A stretch of DNA of 63,509 bases, filler included, from Octopus bimaculoides (GCF_001194135.2; 5 parts of 4 records of this genome joined end to end with filler, not necessarily neighbours in it), one strand, 5' to 3'. Numbered from the whole stretch's first letter, positions 1-12,621 are shown. The notes: generated from the letters alone by a model not told the origin. Numbers and translations are program-made.

Positions 1-42
<42 letters not shown>

Positions 43-139
43 GCATATGTAAGTATATACATATATATATATATGTATATATACTATTTATATCATTATA
101 TGATTGAAAGTCACGCATCCATTTCCAAGTAAGTTTATC

Positions 140-170
<31 letters not shown>

Positions 171-219
171 CTATCTATATATATATATATATACATACAT
201 ATATACATACATATACATG

Positions 220-277
<58 letters not shown>

Positions 278-784
278 CATGTGTGTGTGTGTATATGTAC
301 AGTATATATGTGCACACACGAGTATGCATGTAGTTACGCATGTGTTATATATATATATCAACACACACATATATATATACGATCACACTAATATAAACAT
401 ATGCATATAGACATATATCCATATTCAAGGACGTGTGCATATATATATTATATGAGCATGTGGTTTGTGTATGTATGTAGATGTATGTATGTATGTATGT
501 GTACAAGTACGTCCACGATTGCTATGTCTGTGTCTCCAAAAATACAGGGATTCATGCACAACCCACAGACTCCACTTCCTGGGTGATTGTCTACAATTAA
601 TTCTGAACATATTTTACCTTGAGCAATATTATCTATAACAGGATGTTATGACAGGTGTCTGTACATTCATAATTAAAATGCACTACCACAATGTAATGGC
701 ATCCAGGAATTATCTTCAATTCAATAAGTGTGTTTCCATGTTTCTGTATATGCATTTATGTAAATCTATCTATTTATCTATCTA

Positions 785-831
<47 letters not shown>

Positions 832-2506
832 GGTTGGCTGGCTGTCTCACTGTCTGTCTGTCTCCCAGTCGGCCAGTCCGATGTCTGTTACTCTCTTCTC
901 TTCTCTCTCTCTCTCTNNNNNNNNNNNNNNNNNNNNNNNNNNNNNNNNNNNNNNNNNNNNNNNNNNNNNNNNNNNNNNNNNNNNNNNNNNNNNNNNNNNN
1001 NNNNNNNNNNNNNNNNNNNNNNNNNNNNNNNNNNNNNNNNNNNNNNNNNNNNNNNNNNNNNNNNNNNNNNNNNNNNNNNNNNNNNNNNNNNNNNNNNNNN
1101 NNNNNNNNNNNNNNNNNNNNNNNNNNNNNNNNNNNNNNNNNNNNNNNNNNNNNNNNNNNNNNNNNNNNNNNNNNNNNNNNNNNNNNNNNNNNNNNNNNNN
1201 NNNNNNNNNNNNNNNNNNNNNNNNNNNNNNNNNNNNNNNNNNNNNNNNNNNNNNNNNNNNNNNNNNNNNNNNNNNNNNNNNNNNNNNNNNNNNNNNNNNN
1301 NNNNNNNNNNNNNNNNNNNNNNNNNNNNNNNNNNNNNNNNNNNNNNNNNNNNNNNNNNNNNNNNNNNNNNNNNNNNNNNNNNNNNNNNNNNNNNNNNNNN
1401 NNNNNNNNNNNNNNNNNNNNNNNNNNNNNNNNNNNNNNNNNNNNNNNNNNNNNNNNNNNNNNNNNNNNNNNNNNNNNNNNNNNNNNNNNNNNNNNNNNNN
1501 NNNNNNNNNNNNNNNNNNNNNNNNNNNNNNNNNNNNNNNNNNNNNNNNNNNNNNNNNNNNNNNNNNNNNNNNNNNNNNNNNNNNNNNNNNNNNNNNNNNN
1601 NNNNNNNNNNNNNNNNNNNNNNNNNNNNNNNNNNNNNNNNNNNNNNNNNNNNNNNNNNNNNNNNNNNNNNNNNNNNNNNNNNNNNNNNTCTACATATGGC
1701 TAAATATTTGTTACGTTTTTGGTCCACCCAAGATCACAGATAGGACCTGCTTTTTATATTGTGTCCACGTACAAGCATTTTATCTCTCTCTATATATTTA
1801 TATGTATTTTTTTTTACATATTTTCATATATATTTTTATATATTTTTATTGCTTTATATATTTTTACATTTTTTTTCTGTATATCACCTTTCACTCTGCA
1901 TGTTTTGTGCATGTGCGTATATAGATGTGTACATGAACATATTTGTGCGCGTATGGGTATATATACGTGTGTGTGTGTGCATGTGTGCGGGTATGTATAT
2001 GTGTACATATGTATGGTTGCATATATATGTACACATATATGTGTGTGTGTGGGTGTACATGCATGTGTTTCACACGAGTGTGAGTGAGCATATGCATATA
2101 TAGCATATACGTATTTTAGACGTGTATATGAATATAATTGTGCGCGTATGGGTATGTATACGTGTGTGTGTGTGTGTGTGCGGATATGTATATGTGTACA
2201 TGTGTATAGTAGCATATATATATGCACATATGGGCGTGTGTGTGGGTGTGCATGTATGTGTTTCACGCAAGTGTGAGTGAGCTTATGCATATAGGCACAT
2301 GCACGTGGGTGTGCATGCGCGCATGTGCATGTATGTACATGCGCGCATACGCGAATTCTATGAGCGTGTTTTATTCTTTCCCCTTCAGGTTTTTTCCCTT
2401 TATTTTACAGTCATTCTAATAGCTCTTTTGTTTGTCTTAAGAACGATCATTTACATAGAAATTTCCCTTTGTTTAACGGTCATTTTCATAGCATTTTTGT
2501 TTGTCT

Positions 2507-2569
2507 TAATAGCTGACGAGATGCCGGAGCAGTTTTCCGCCCCGACATATGAAACTCGGAGTTTTATTA
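2507..2569 (+). ncRNA. Type I hammerhead-ribozyme-like motif (Penelope-tail type)
   Basis: Stem I TAATAG(2507-12)/TTATTA(2564-69). Core CTGACGA 2513-19 and GAAA 2551-54. Palindromic stem III ACTC-G-GAGT, GUU triplet ending 2563. Stem II only partly paired (ATGCCGG/CCGACAT). Confidence 0.6.
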
Positions 2570-2711
2570 TGGCAACCGAATAATTATCATATATTATATT
2601 ACAGATAAATTCCTCTATTTACATAATATCGAGGTCTCATTCTTTCTTTTGTTGTCATACTATTACTGTACATACATACATACATATATATATATATATA
2701 AATATGCCAGA

Positions 2712-2963
2712 GTTACGGAGTGGAGTATAGGAAATCCAGGCTACATATATTTCATAGCAAGTGTGCCCTCCACATATTCTGATTGAATCTTAGCGTCAAC
2801 ATGCACCTCCTTACGACAATGTAGCCTTTAATCAAATCAAGATATCCTTGGCCTGAAGAGTAGCTAGCGGTATACACCTCACTTAGATTTTACCTCTTCT
2901 GAGTTTCCACTCACTCGCTTTGAAACATGTGTAGCCCGGATTTCCCGTACTCCATTCCGTAAC
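2712..2963 (+). mobile_element. Short Penelope-tail-like element with 43-bp inverted ends and a hammerhead core
   Basis: 2712-2754 is the reverse complement of 2921-2963 (about 36/43). CTGAAGA 2853-59, GAAACATGTGTA 2922-33, stem I GGC/GCC. A sibling copy lies at 21094-21195. Confidence 0.6.
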
Positions 2964-3799
2964 ACTTGTATTCTTTTTCGCACACTCGGCAACCCTGGTT
3001 GCCTACCGAGGAATATAAAAAGAACATTTTTTTTTCAACTCACCGTTCTTCCATTAATGAAAAAAATCCGCAACCTTCCGTTTCAATAAACCACTGTTAT
3101 TCTCGAAAGTTGTATTTTTTTAATATTCACTAGGGATTGCTCGAAGCTAAGTCTCTTCTTACACCTCGATCCCTGGATCTTATAATTGTGTGTGTGTGTG
3201 TGTGTGTGTGTGTNNNNNNNNNNNNNNNNNNNNNNNNNNNNNNNNNNNNNNNNNNNNNNNNNNNNNNNNNNNNNNNNNNNNNNNNNNNNNNNNNNNNNNN
3301 NNNNNNNNNNNNNNNNNNNNNNNNNNNNNNNNNNNNNNNNNNNNNNNNNNNNNNNNNNNNNNNNNNNNNNNNNNNNNNNNNNNNNNNNNNNNNNNNNNNN
3401 NNNNNNNNNNNNNNNNNNNNNNNNNNNNNNNNNNNNNNNNNNNNNNNNNNNNNNNNNNNNNNNNNNNNNNNNNNNNNNNNNNNNNNNNNNNNNNNNNNNN
3501 NNNNNNNNNNNNNNNNNNNNNNNNNNNNNNNNNNNNNNNNNNNNNNNNNNNNNNNNNNNNNNNNNNNNNNNNNNNNNNNNNNNNNNNNNNNNNNNNNNNN
3601 NNNNNNNNNNNNNNNNNNNNNNNNNNNNNNNNNNNNNNNNNNNNNNNNNNNNNNNNNNNNNNNNNNNNNNNNNNNNNNNNNNNNNNNNNNNNNNNNNNNN
3701 NNNNNNNNNNNNNNNNNNNNNNNNNNNNNNNNNNNNNNNNNNNNNNNNNNNNNNNNNNNNNNNNNNNNNNNNNNNNNNNNNNNNNNNNNNNNNNNNNNN

Positions 3800-3833
<34 letters not shown>

Positions 3834-4149
3834 GAGAGTGTATGTGTGTTTTCTTTCATTGGCCAAAAAGACCCCCAATGCGTTGGGACAGAGCAAAGGC
3901 GAAATCCATAAGAAAACAACAAACATGGAAAATAGGGGATTTATATCAAATAAAAGACTAAAATCAACAAAGTAATAAAGACACATTAATAAATGAATAG
4001 TAATAATGAATAGCAATAACAGAACTGAACAACAAAATACAAACAAAGAAATGATCCCCAAATGGTGGAAGGGGAACCACATAATGTGATTCAGGGTCCT
4101 CCGAAACACAGCTACATGTTATCCTGAATATTCTAGATGCAAGTTCTTT

Positions 4150-4400
4150 TCTCCAACTTACAGTTTCAGAGTTACTAAAACACTGCCAGTGTAAGGAGTT
4201 TTTTTAATTGCCCTTAATCCTCCAGAAGAGATTGCTCAGACTGTATTTGTCGATGGTCAGAACTGCATCCAAGCCATCGTCATTTATATCATCCACTAAA
4301 ATTTTATAAGACGCAAGAGTTCCATAAATCCATTACCTGGTATCATTCCAGAGGACAAACACCCCATCTCAGCCTTTCCTTTACTCAAGACTGAAGTCGG
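4150..4400 (-). mobile_element. Very decayed RTE-clade LINE ORF2 C-terminal remnant
   Basis: Frameshifted pieces KERLRWG, IYGTLAS and LFWRIKG resemble the RTE RLRW.GH...LLYGEL...WR motifs. Confidence 0.35.
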
Positions 4401-4539
4401 TTAAAGAGATGAGCTGTGGAAAGATTTGTCACACGGAGAGTGACCACATCTGTTCACTCTCATCATCGACCGGGTATCTGTACAGATGTGTCAGCCTCTC
4501 TCTCTCTGTGTCTGAATATCGGTTTTTCCTCTCCAGGTG

Positions 4540-4810
4540 TCGTGTACAAAACCCACCGACTCGTTCCAGTTAAAGCATCTCCCGTTGTTTTCAGATATTC
4601 TTCCAGAATGATTGTGATCACCTCGATCACCTCGATTTCCAAAGTATTCAAACCGTAAGCGTATTCAAACACAACTTTCCTGTGTTCCACTTAACGCCTC
4701 CAAACACTTCTGCAAAGATTTCAGTGCTCAAAATATACAGAAGAGTTGTAAAGGCTGTCTTTAGCAGATCGCGTGTGCGATTAGAAGCGATTCTGATTCG
4801 TAGAAGTTTA
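4540..4810 (+). mobile_element. Possible Tc1/mariner transposase C-terminal remnant
   Basis: *SPRSP(D)F resembles WPPRSPDL. Downstream AVFSRSRVRLEAIL resembles the terminal ..SRFR.RLEAV. motif. Frameshifted. Confidence 0.3.
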
Positions 4811-5565
4811 GTTTGACCACCAAAAAGATGTCGCTCTATATTGCTGCACGTATAGAAACACTAACGTATGATCGTTTAATTGGTTTCTTAATGCCGAAGC
4901 GAGAATATGAAAATCTGAAATTTCCTTTCCTGAATCAAACTGAACGATACAGCGTAAGCATTACATGTAAAACTCAGACAGTCATTTTAAGTGATGCTAT
5001 TTTAATCATACTTCGTCTTTCAAACATGGTGAAAAGGACGCAATAACCTTGTCATACAACATCTGGCACTTAAAAGAACACAATTTAGATTTTGATTTTT
5101 AACGGAAGACCTTTACGCAAAGCAAACCATACATGAATAGCGCAAAAACATAATACTAAGGTAAAAAGTGCCTCATAATGAAATCTTTAAAAAATCCGTG
5201 AATAAACTCAATAGAAGGTCTAAGTTTTTACGATGTATCACCCTAACCACAAATCCCTATTTAAATTCTGGTAAATTCACATCACGGCAGAGTAAACTTT
5301 AACTACATCGGTGTACTCTTCTTTTCTACAACCCTGTTACTTGAATATACTATGGACGTTTTCCTCGACCTTACTACTTTTATTCTTTGATCTGATTAAT
5401 GACATTAGTATTAGCTCGTAACACATCGAGCGGCATTTCTTGATCATAAAACTTTTTCATGTTTAACTTTGAATACTTTTTGCTTGATATTTAGTATTTT
5501 TTATAAACTAGTCACAAACCTAAACCCCACTGTTCTTCTATAATAAGCAATTCACGCATACAAGT

Positions 5566-5568
5566 CTG

Positions 5569-5627
<59 letters not shown>

Positions 5628-5691
5628 GTCTGTCTGTATGTCTGTCTATATATGTGTCTGACTTTTCTTTCTTTCTGACTTTTCTCTCTCT

Positions 5692-5776
<85 letters not shown>
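5566..5776. repeat. Compound (TATC)n/(TGTC)n and (AT)n microsatellites
   Basis: Direct inspection. Confidence 0.95.
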
Positions 5777-5785
<9 letters not shown>

Positions 5786-6028
5786 GGAGTGCTTGTGTGG
5801 TAAGAAACTTGCTTCTCAACCACATGGTTCCGAGTTCAGTCCCACTGCGTGGCACCTGGGGCAAGTGTCTTCTACTCTAGCCTCGGCCAACCAAAACCAT
5901 GTGGGTGGATTTAGTAGACGGATAAGTACTAGGCTTACAAAGAATAAGTCCTAGGGATGATTTGTTTGACTAAAGGCAGTGCTCCAGCATGGCGGCCGTC
6001 ACATGACCGAAACAAGTTAAAGAACAAA
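5786..6028 (+). mobile_element. SINE family A copy with internal deletion
   Basis: Head joined directly to tail relative to the full copy at 6849-7258. Confidence 0.85.
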
Positions 6029-6423
6029 AGAATAAAATATATAATGCATGAGTTTATTGAAGTGCAAAAATCTGATTTATAATCAGAAGTATGTGACAAC
6101 AAATTTTGATTGTACATGAACGCGGTAACACTAATTTTATAGCCGAAGAGGAAATGATAAAACTTGCTTATATTAGCTGTATTTTCGTTTTGAGAATAAT
6201 GACAATGATAACAGATTTTCTAATTAATTATTTATGATTGCATTTCTATAACTCAACGCATTTTCTGCTCTTTAATCATAAAATATGGGATTATGTAGAG
6301 TAAAAACATATGATATTCATATTAGACATTTAAAGGAAGAATTTATAATGATGATAATCAGGCAGATGGAGAAAGGAAAGAAAAGTAATAGAATCAATGG
6401 AAGGAAGGTGATAACTTTACATA

Positions 6424-6640
6424 ATATTGGTTTCAAATTTTGGTGCGATGTCAGCCATTTTGAAAGAGGGGACTAGTCGATCACAACCGACCCCAATACT
6501 CAACTGATATTTATTTTATCGATCCCGAAAGTATGATAAAGCAGAGTCGACCTCAGCGGAATTTGAACCAAGACCGTAAAGACCGACGAAATGCAGTTAA
6601 GCATTTTGGCCAGCATGCTAACTGCTCTGTCAGCTCACCG
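6424..6640 (-). mobile_element. SINE family B (Nin/Deu-domain-like) copy
   Basis: Diverged reverse-complement match to 63009-63240. Confidence 0.8.
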
Positions 6641-6848
6641 ACTTATAACGTTACATAATGTCAAAGGGTTGTCATGGAATCTCGGAATTCTTCAATTTCA
6701 TGAATTGTTTTTAGAGCAACTCGTCCCAGGAGAATAGACCACTGTAGTAATGAATTTCTCACTGCTGCACTCTCAAGATTATCGAATTTCTCAGCTATTA
6801 TTTTATTCAAGTAAATTCTCCAATTTGGAACACTAATATAACCTACTA

Positions 6849-7258
6849 GGCGTAGGAGTGGCTGTGTGGTAAGTAGCTTGCTTACGAACCACATGGTTCC
6901 GGGTTCAGTCCCACTGCGTGGCACCTTGGGCAAGTGTCTTCTACTATTGCCTCGGGCCGACCAAAGCCTTGTGAGTGGATTTGGTAGACGGAAACTGAAA
7001 GAAGCTCGTCGTATATATGTATATATATGTGTGTGTGCGTGTGTGTGTGTGTGTGTGTTTGTGTGTCTGTGTTTGTCCCCCAACATCGCTTGACAACCGA
7101 TGCTGGTGTGTTTACGTCCCCGTAACTTAGCGGTTCGGCAAAGAGACCGATAGAATAAGTATTAGGCTTACAAAGAATAATTCCTGGGGTCGATTTGCTC
7201 GACTAAAGGCGGTGCTCCAGCATGGCCGCAGTCAAATGACTGAAACAAGTAAAAGAGT
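6849..7258 (+). mobile_element. Full-length tRNA-derived SINE family A with central microsatellite
   Basis: A-box-like TGGCTGTGTGG and B-box-like GGTTCAGTCC. Conserved body GCCTTGTGAGTGGATTTGGTAGACGGAAACTG (recalled as Meta-domain-like), internal (AT)/(GT) tract, tail ending GAAACAAGTAAAAGAGT. More than 15 full or partial copies in the window. Confidence 0.9.
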
Positions 7259-8636
7259 ACTAAAAGTGCTAAGACGTCGAACTAACAAATAAGCTTTTAA
7301 ACTATCAGTGAAAGTGGTAAGTATAACAATAACTTCTTCAAACTACATTTTTCCGTCTTAAATAATAATTGTTCTCAATATCACTTTAAAAAAAAAGTTA
7401 AGTTACAGTATAGATGACCTTGATCACAGTTCTGCTCAATTAGAGCTGACTTTGGTCTAAACAATGCTAAAGCTCAAAGATTATCTTAATTTGTAAATCA
7501 GTAATTCCACTAATCTCCAGCTACAATTGATCTAAACATGTTTATTTAAATTCTTTCTTTTTTGATACGTCTAGAATACCTTCCCTTATAAATATAACCG
7601 TGATATTCAAAGTATGAAGCTTTTATCGTTTACTTATTTCACTCATTAAAATGTGGCCATACTGGAGAACCACCTTAAAGGTTTTAGTCAAACAAATCTC
7701 CCCCAGCAATTATTTTATTTTTTAAGACTTGTACCTTTTCTGTTAAGGGACGTGAACAAACCATTAACGGTTGTCAAGCTCAAGAGATGCAAAGACACAA
7801 ACATAAAGACAAAAATACATACACACACACATAGATGTATATTCGAAGGCTTCTTTCCATTTCCATCTACCTACCAAATCCGTCTTTTCAATAGGTTTTG
7901 CTTGGCCCGGAACTACAGTAGAAAGACACTTAACCAAAGTGCCACGCAATGAGATGAACCCAAGACCATGTAGTTGGGAAGCAAACTTCTTTATTTCATG
8001 AAATTGGTCATGAAGGCCTTACATAGAGGGAACAGCACAAGGTGGGAGACAAAAAAAAAAAAACTCAACAAAATGAATGGAAAAGAACTGAATATAATGA
8101 AAAAAAATGGAATGAAACTGTTCGGCCCCTCCTCCGAGCGACTTCATTGAACCTGTTAATACAACTTCTGTTTTTTCAGACACTGGTTTATAACACTATT
8201 TGTAACACCGTTTGCAACAACTAGTTTTCATTTTTACGCAAAATGTTTATATTATATATATTTTTTTAATATCAAGACAGCTTACCCGTTCTAGCATTGT
8301 GCTGGTGTCCATTTTCTTTACTCACCAATCATANNNNNNNNNNNNNNNNNNNNNNNNNNNNNNNNNNNNNNNNNNNNNNNNNNNNNNNNNNNNNNNNNNN
8401 NNNNNNNNNNNNNNNNNNNNNNNNNNNNNNNNNNNNNNNNNNNNNNNNNNNNNNNNNNNNNNNNNNNNNNNNNNNNNNNNNNNNNNNNTCTCTTGTTTTT
8501 CTTTATCCTTCACGATCGGGTAGCTATTCTTTGCAGAGGTCTCCTAATCGAGAAACGGCCCGACAGGAGATTCCCCTCTTACTTTCCGTAACAAAAGCAT
8601 AGAGGAATATGTTTACACTGTTATACTTCTTTCATA

Positions 8637-9000
8637 GTGGAGGTGCAATGTCCCAGTGGTTAGGGCAGCGGACTCGCGGTCGTAGAATCGCAGTTTCGAT
8701 TCCTAGACCGGGCGTTGCGAAAACACCTAAAGCTCCATGAGGCTCCGGCAGGGGATGGTGGCGAATCCTGCTGTATTCTTTCACCACAACTTTCTCTCAC
8801 TCTTTCTTCCTATTTCTGTTGTACCTGTAATTCAAAGGGCCAGGCTTGTCAGACTCTGTGTCACGCTGAATCTTCCCGAGAACTACGTTAAAGGTACACG
8901 TGACGGTGGAATGCTCAGCCACTTGCACGTTAATTCCACGAGCAGGCTGTTCCATTGATCAGATCAACTGGAACCCTCGAATCGTAAGCGACGGAGTTCC
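8637..9000 (+). mobile_element. tRNA-derived SINE family C (possibly one of the octopus OK/OR families)
   Basis: tRNA-like head TGTCCCAGTGGTTAGGGCAGCGGACTCGCGGTC...GTTTCGATTCC followed by a non-tRNA body. A related body fragment lies near 16760-16835. Confidence 0.7.
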
Positions 9001-9111
9001 ATGACTTCTTTCATAGCTAGATTTTCCAATATTTAAATGTGTGTGTGTGTGTGTGTGTTTGTGTGTGTGAAAGCGCGCGTATGTGGATGTGTATACACAA
9101 ATACACGCACA

Positions 9112-9183
<72 letters not shown>

Positions 9184-9195
<12 letters not shown>

Positions 9196-9255
9196 AACAA
9201 TCACACACAAACAAACAATCACACACAAACAAACAATCACACACAAACAAACAAT
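9184..9255 (+). repeat. 18-bp minisatellite (CACACACAAACAAACAAT)x4 continuing a (CA)n tract
   Basis: Units end at 9201, 9219, 9237 and 9255. Confidence 0.9.
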
Positions 9256-9722
9256 CACACAAACACTCAATGTGAAATATTCTTCCTGTGCTCTGATTAA
9301 AAATAGCAAAAACTAGATTTACCTTCCAGATCTCTTGATTTCATCAAATCACTTTTAACCTGATAATTGATATCTCACAGTCACAAGAATCGGCATACCA
9401 ATATTCTGCTCGCACTTTTCGTGGTCTCTCTCGCCCCCCCCTCTCTCTCTCTCTTACACTCTNNNNNNNNNNCCCCCCCCCTCTCTCTCTCTCTCTTACA
9501 CTCTCAACGTTTTCTTCCTATTCTCGGAGATTCAGTGCCAACTTGAATATCTACAGAGCGAACATAAATATGTTTACATATATCGAATTTAATAATCCAG
9601 ATACCATGCAATGCCTTATTTCATTACGAATATGTATACATATGAGAAAGGCATAATACACGCACCTATTCGTATAAATATCTATGTTTACGTCACGGCA
9701 CACGCAATCACGCATCACTAAT

Positions 9723-9803
<81 letters not shown>

Positions 9804-10043
9804 TATGTTTTATGTGCATTATGTATAACACACACACACACACACACATACACATATAAATATGAGTATATTTTATTGGCATAACAACAAACATTTGTAG
9901 AAGACGTTATGGGCGACTAAATTGATTTCAGGAGATTACTTGAAGCTATATTATCCAATCCAAAGATGTCTGAAAGCGGATATACACGCATTAATTGCAT
10001 AAGTCTAAAAATAATTCAACCCTAATGGGCCTTATGGGAAAGT

Positions 10044-10280
10044 AATGCACATAAAACCAGGATATTGGTTTCAAATTTTGGCACAAGATCAGCAATTTCG
10101 GGGAATGGGGCTAGTCGATTACCTCGACCCCAATGTTTAACTGGTACTTACTTTATCGACCCCGAGAGGATGAAAGGCAAAATCGTCCCGAGCAGAATTT
10201 GAACCCAGAAAATAAGGACGGATGAAATGCGGCACAGCATTTTTCCCGCGTGCTAATGATTCTACCATCTTGCCGTATTT
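10044..10280 (-). mobile_element. SINE family B copy
   Basis: Reverse-complement similarity to 63009-63240. Confidence 0.8.
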
Positions 10281-10516
10281 GCAGCCCACCATACATATTA
10301 ACTATATAGTGTTCACGTCTCGACTATGTCTGTACTAAAAGCATGGTCATATTTAATTAAATCCCTTGTTCTACTCCTCTCTATGCAACCTTAGAGCTCC
10401 TCGGTAAATACTCTCCTATCTTCTCTCTGTCTCTGTCTGTCTGTCTTTCTGTCTCTATCTGTCTGCCCCCCCCCTTCTCTCCCCCTCTCTCTCTCTCTTT
10501 ATCACTGAATCCTTAC

Positions 10517-10583
10517 CTCATCCCGTCTGTTATGTTTGGAAATTTGTTATCATCTAATCAATCCAGGAGTGGCGTAATTTTCA
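10517..10583 (-). other. Candidate 67-nt exon, probably non-coding or ending in a start codon
   Basis: Acceptor TTACCTTCGCTGTTACAG and donor GAG|GTAAGG. All three frames contain stops, and the exon ends ATGAG. Confidence 0.3.
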
Positions 10584-11094
10584 CTGTAACAGCGAAGGTA
10601 ATATCTGAGATATTTCATAATGCTTAATTAACAGCCCCGTACAATAGTCTTAAACCGCGGTCAGCCTAATGCTATTATATTTTCCAAACCAATTCAAATA
10701 TTGTATCCTTAACACGCATCTCATATTCAACGAGTTTGTCATAATAAATCAATTAAATATTTTAAAATATCTAGTGGAAAAAAGTCGAGCAGTGTTGAAT
10801 AATAATACCGCTACATGCTCCAACTAAAGCCAAACCCCAAGTTGTTTTATTATTAAATGAACCTCGTATATCGAACAGGTTCTGTTTCATATATAAATAT
10901 AAGACAGCCTGATTTATTTCTGTTTTAATCTTCGCTTCTCTATTTTCTCTTTTTTTTATTTATCTTATTTTATTTATTTATCTATTTTTGTTGGCTGAGA
11001 ATCGGTAAAATATGAGACTTTGAGATGCAGTTTGAGAAGTTTTCGGCTTGAAGCAATTTTTATTATCATTATAATTATCGTTTGGACGTCGTAC

Positions 11095-11430
11095 AATATG
11101 CTTAGCGGCATTTCAGTCGGTTTTATGTTCTGAGTTCAAATTCCGCCGATGTCGGATTTGTCTTTCATCCTTTCGTGATCGATAAATTAAGTACAAGCTG
11201 AGCACTAACGATCTTTGTAATCGTCTGGTCCATCACCTAAAAATTTCAGGCATTGTCCCTATTGTAGAAAGAATTATCATAATAGTTACAAAGCGGTGAG
11301 CTGGCAAAATCGTTAGAACACCGGACCAAATGCTAATCGGTATTTCTAGTTTACTCAGAACGAGTTCAAATTCCACCGGTATCGACTTTGCTTTTCATCC
11401 TTTTGAGGTCGGTGGAATAAGTACCAGTAA
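11095..11430 (+). mobile_element. Two tandem SINE family B copies
   Basis: GAGTTCAAATTCC...TTTTCATCCTTT..GGTCG core at about 11132-11190 and again at 11362-11425. Confidence 0.8.
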
Positions 11431-12009
11431 AACACTGGGATGGATAGATGGATAGATAGATAGATAGATAAGACGTCAGACAAATAACAAGAGTGGGATT
11501 AAGAGGCAAAGATGTCACAACAGGCGAAATCTCGTGAATGAGAAAGCTTAGAAATATAAAGCGCAAAAACGACAATCGAAGAAGTGTTCAGTGAAGATAC
11601 ACACATTTACACACACACACACACACTCTCCCTCTCTCTCTCTCCCTCTCTCTCTCTCCCACTATCTCTCTTTCACACACGCGCACGCACACAAACACAC
11701 ATGCACATACACACACATGTATGTACTTCTATAGAAGATAGATGAATTATCAACAAATGTTTTTCTGTCAAATTTTGATCGGCTTTCTTATTGCAATGTA
11801 CTGCACGATCTCCTTGTAAATGCATGTTTGGTCGGTGAGAAGGTATTGTACATTTTATACTAATTGTTAGAGTTTGAGTCATGATCTTTACAACTTACAT
11901 GCTTACATAAAAATTTATATGCTATGTGAGTTCTTTAGCTTACAAATTTGATGGTTTCGTGTTGACGATGTGGTGTTTCTGTTGTGCCTTCGTAATTTTC
12001 CTTTTTGTT

Positions 12010-12610
12010 CTTTTTTTTGTTGTTTTTTTTGTGGAGGTCGTCTGCGAAATACTCAACACTTTCCAACATTGAAGTGCGTATTTTTTAATCATCCGACCTG
12101 TATATCTTATGAAGGGTATCTTATAAATTTTTGAGATCATAAAGGACTCTGTTTGGCCTTTCATATTTTAGTGCTATCAACATAGAGTAGTTGATGTGAC
12201 TGTTGTAATAACGAATGATATGTCTGAAAGAATAACTGGAAAGAGTAACGGACCCAAGACAGAGATTTTTCTTGAGATATTCTACTAACATTTGCTAATT
12301 TCTTTAAAATCTACACTAGCTGCAATAAATCCATTTCTTTAAAAGGTTAAGCAATAACTTTTTTAGATTTCCAACTATGCCTAGCTAGGTCCCGCAGCCG
12401 GTGGCATTATCTTATAATCAAACTTTGTGAAGAGATTTCAAAAAGACTTGATATATGGCAAATACTTTTGCTGATTGTCAATCTGCGTTAACATCCTGTC
12501 TTGATGAGGCAGCTGTTGCGTAAGGCAGCTTCTAACTGGGCAAGAATTGCTCTGAGTATCACAAAACAAAGTCATTCTCTTCTTGGAACGTAATTAGTAA
12601 CTCTCGAGAT
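12010..12610 (-). mobile_element. Decayed CR1/L2-like reverse-transcriptase remnant
   Basis: Pieces RSCLTQQL, FTKFDYKIM, SVLGPLLF and LYVDSTKI, with stops and frameshifts. Confidence 0.65.
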
Positions 12611-12621
12611 TTCCAATATTC

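Noticed and set aside
425-640. Minus-strand frames RQSPRKWSLWVVHESLYFWRHRHS and NIAQGKICSELIVDNHPGSGVCGLC as an exon
   Set aside because: Two competing frames, a weak donor (GTACTT) and no recognisable homology.
4537-4654. Plus-strand exon with good splice signals (GVVYKTHRLV...)
   Set aside because: It overlaps a probable Tc1/mariner remnant, and the GVVYK resemblance to GIY-YIG is not followed by the other motifs.
9432-9504. Direct repeat either side of a 10-N gap
   Set aside because: Typical unmerged contig overlap.
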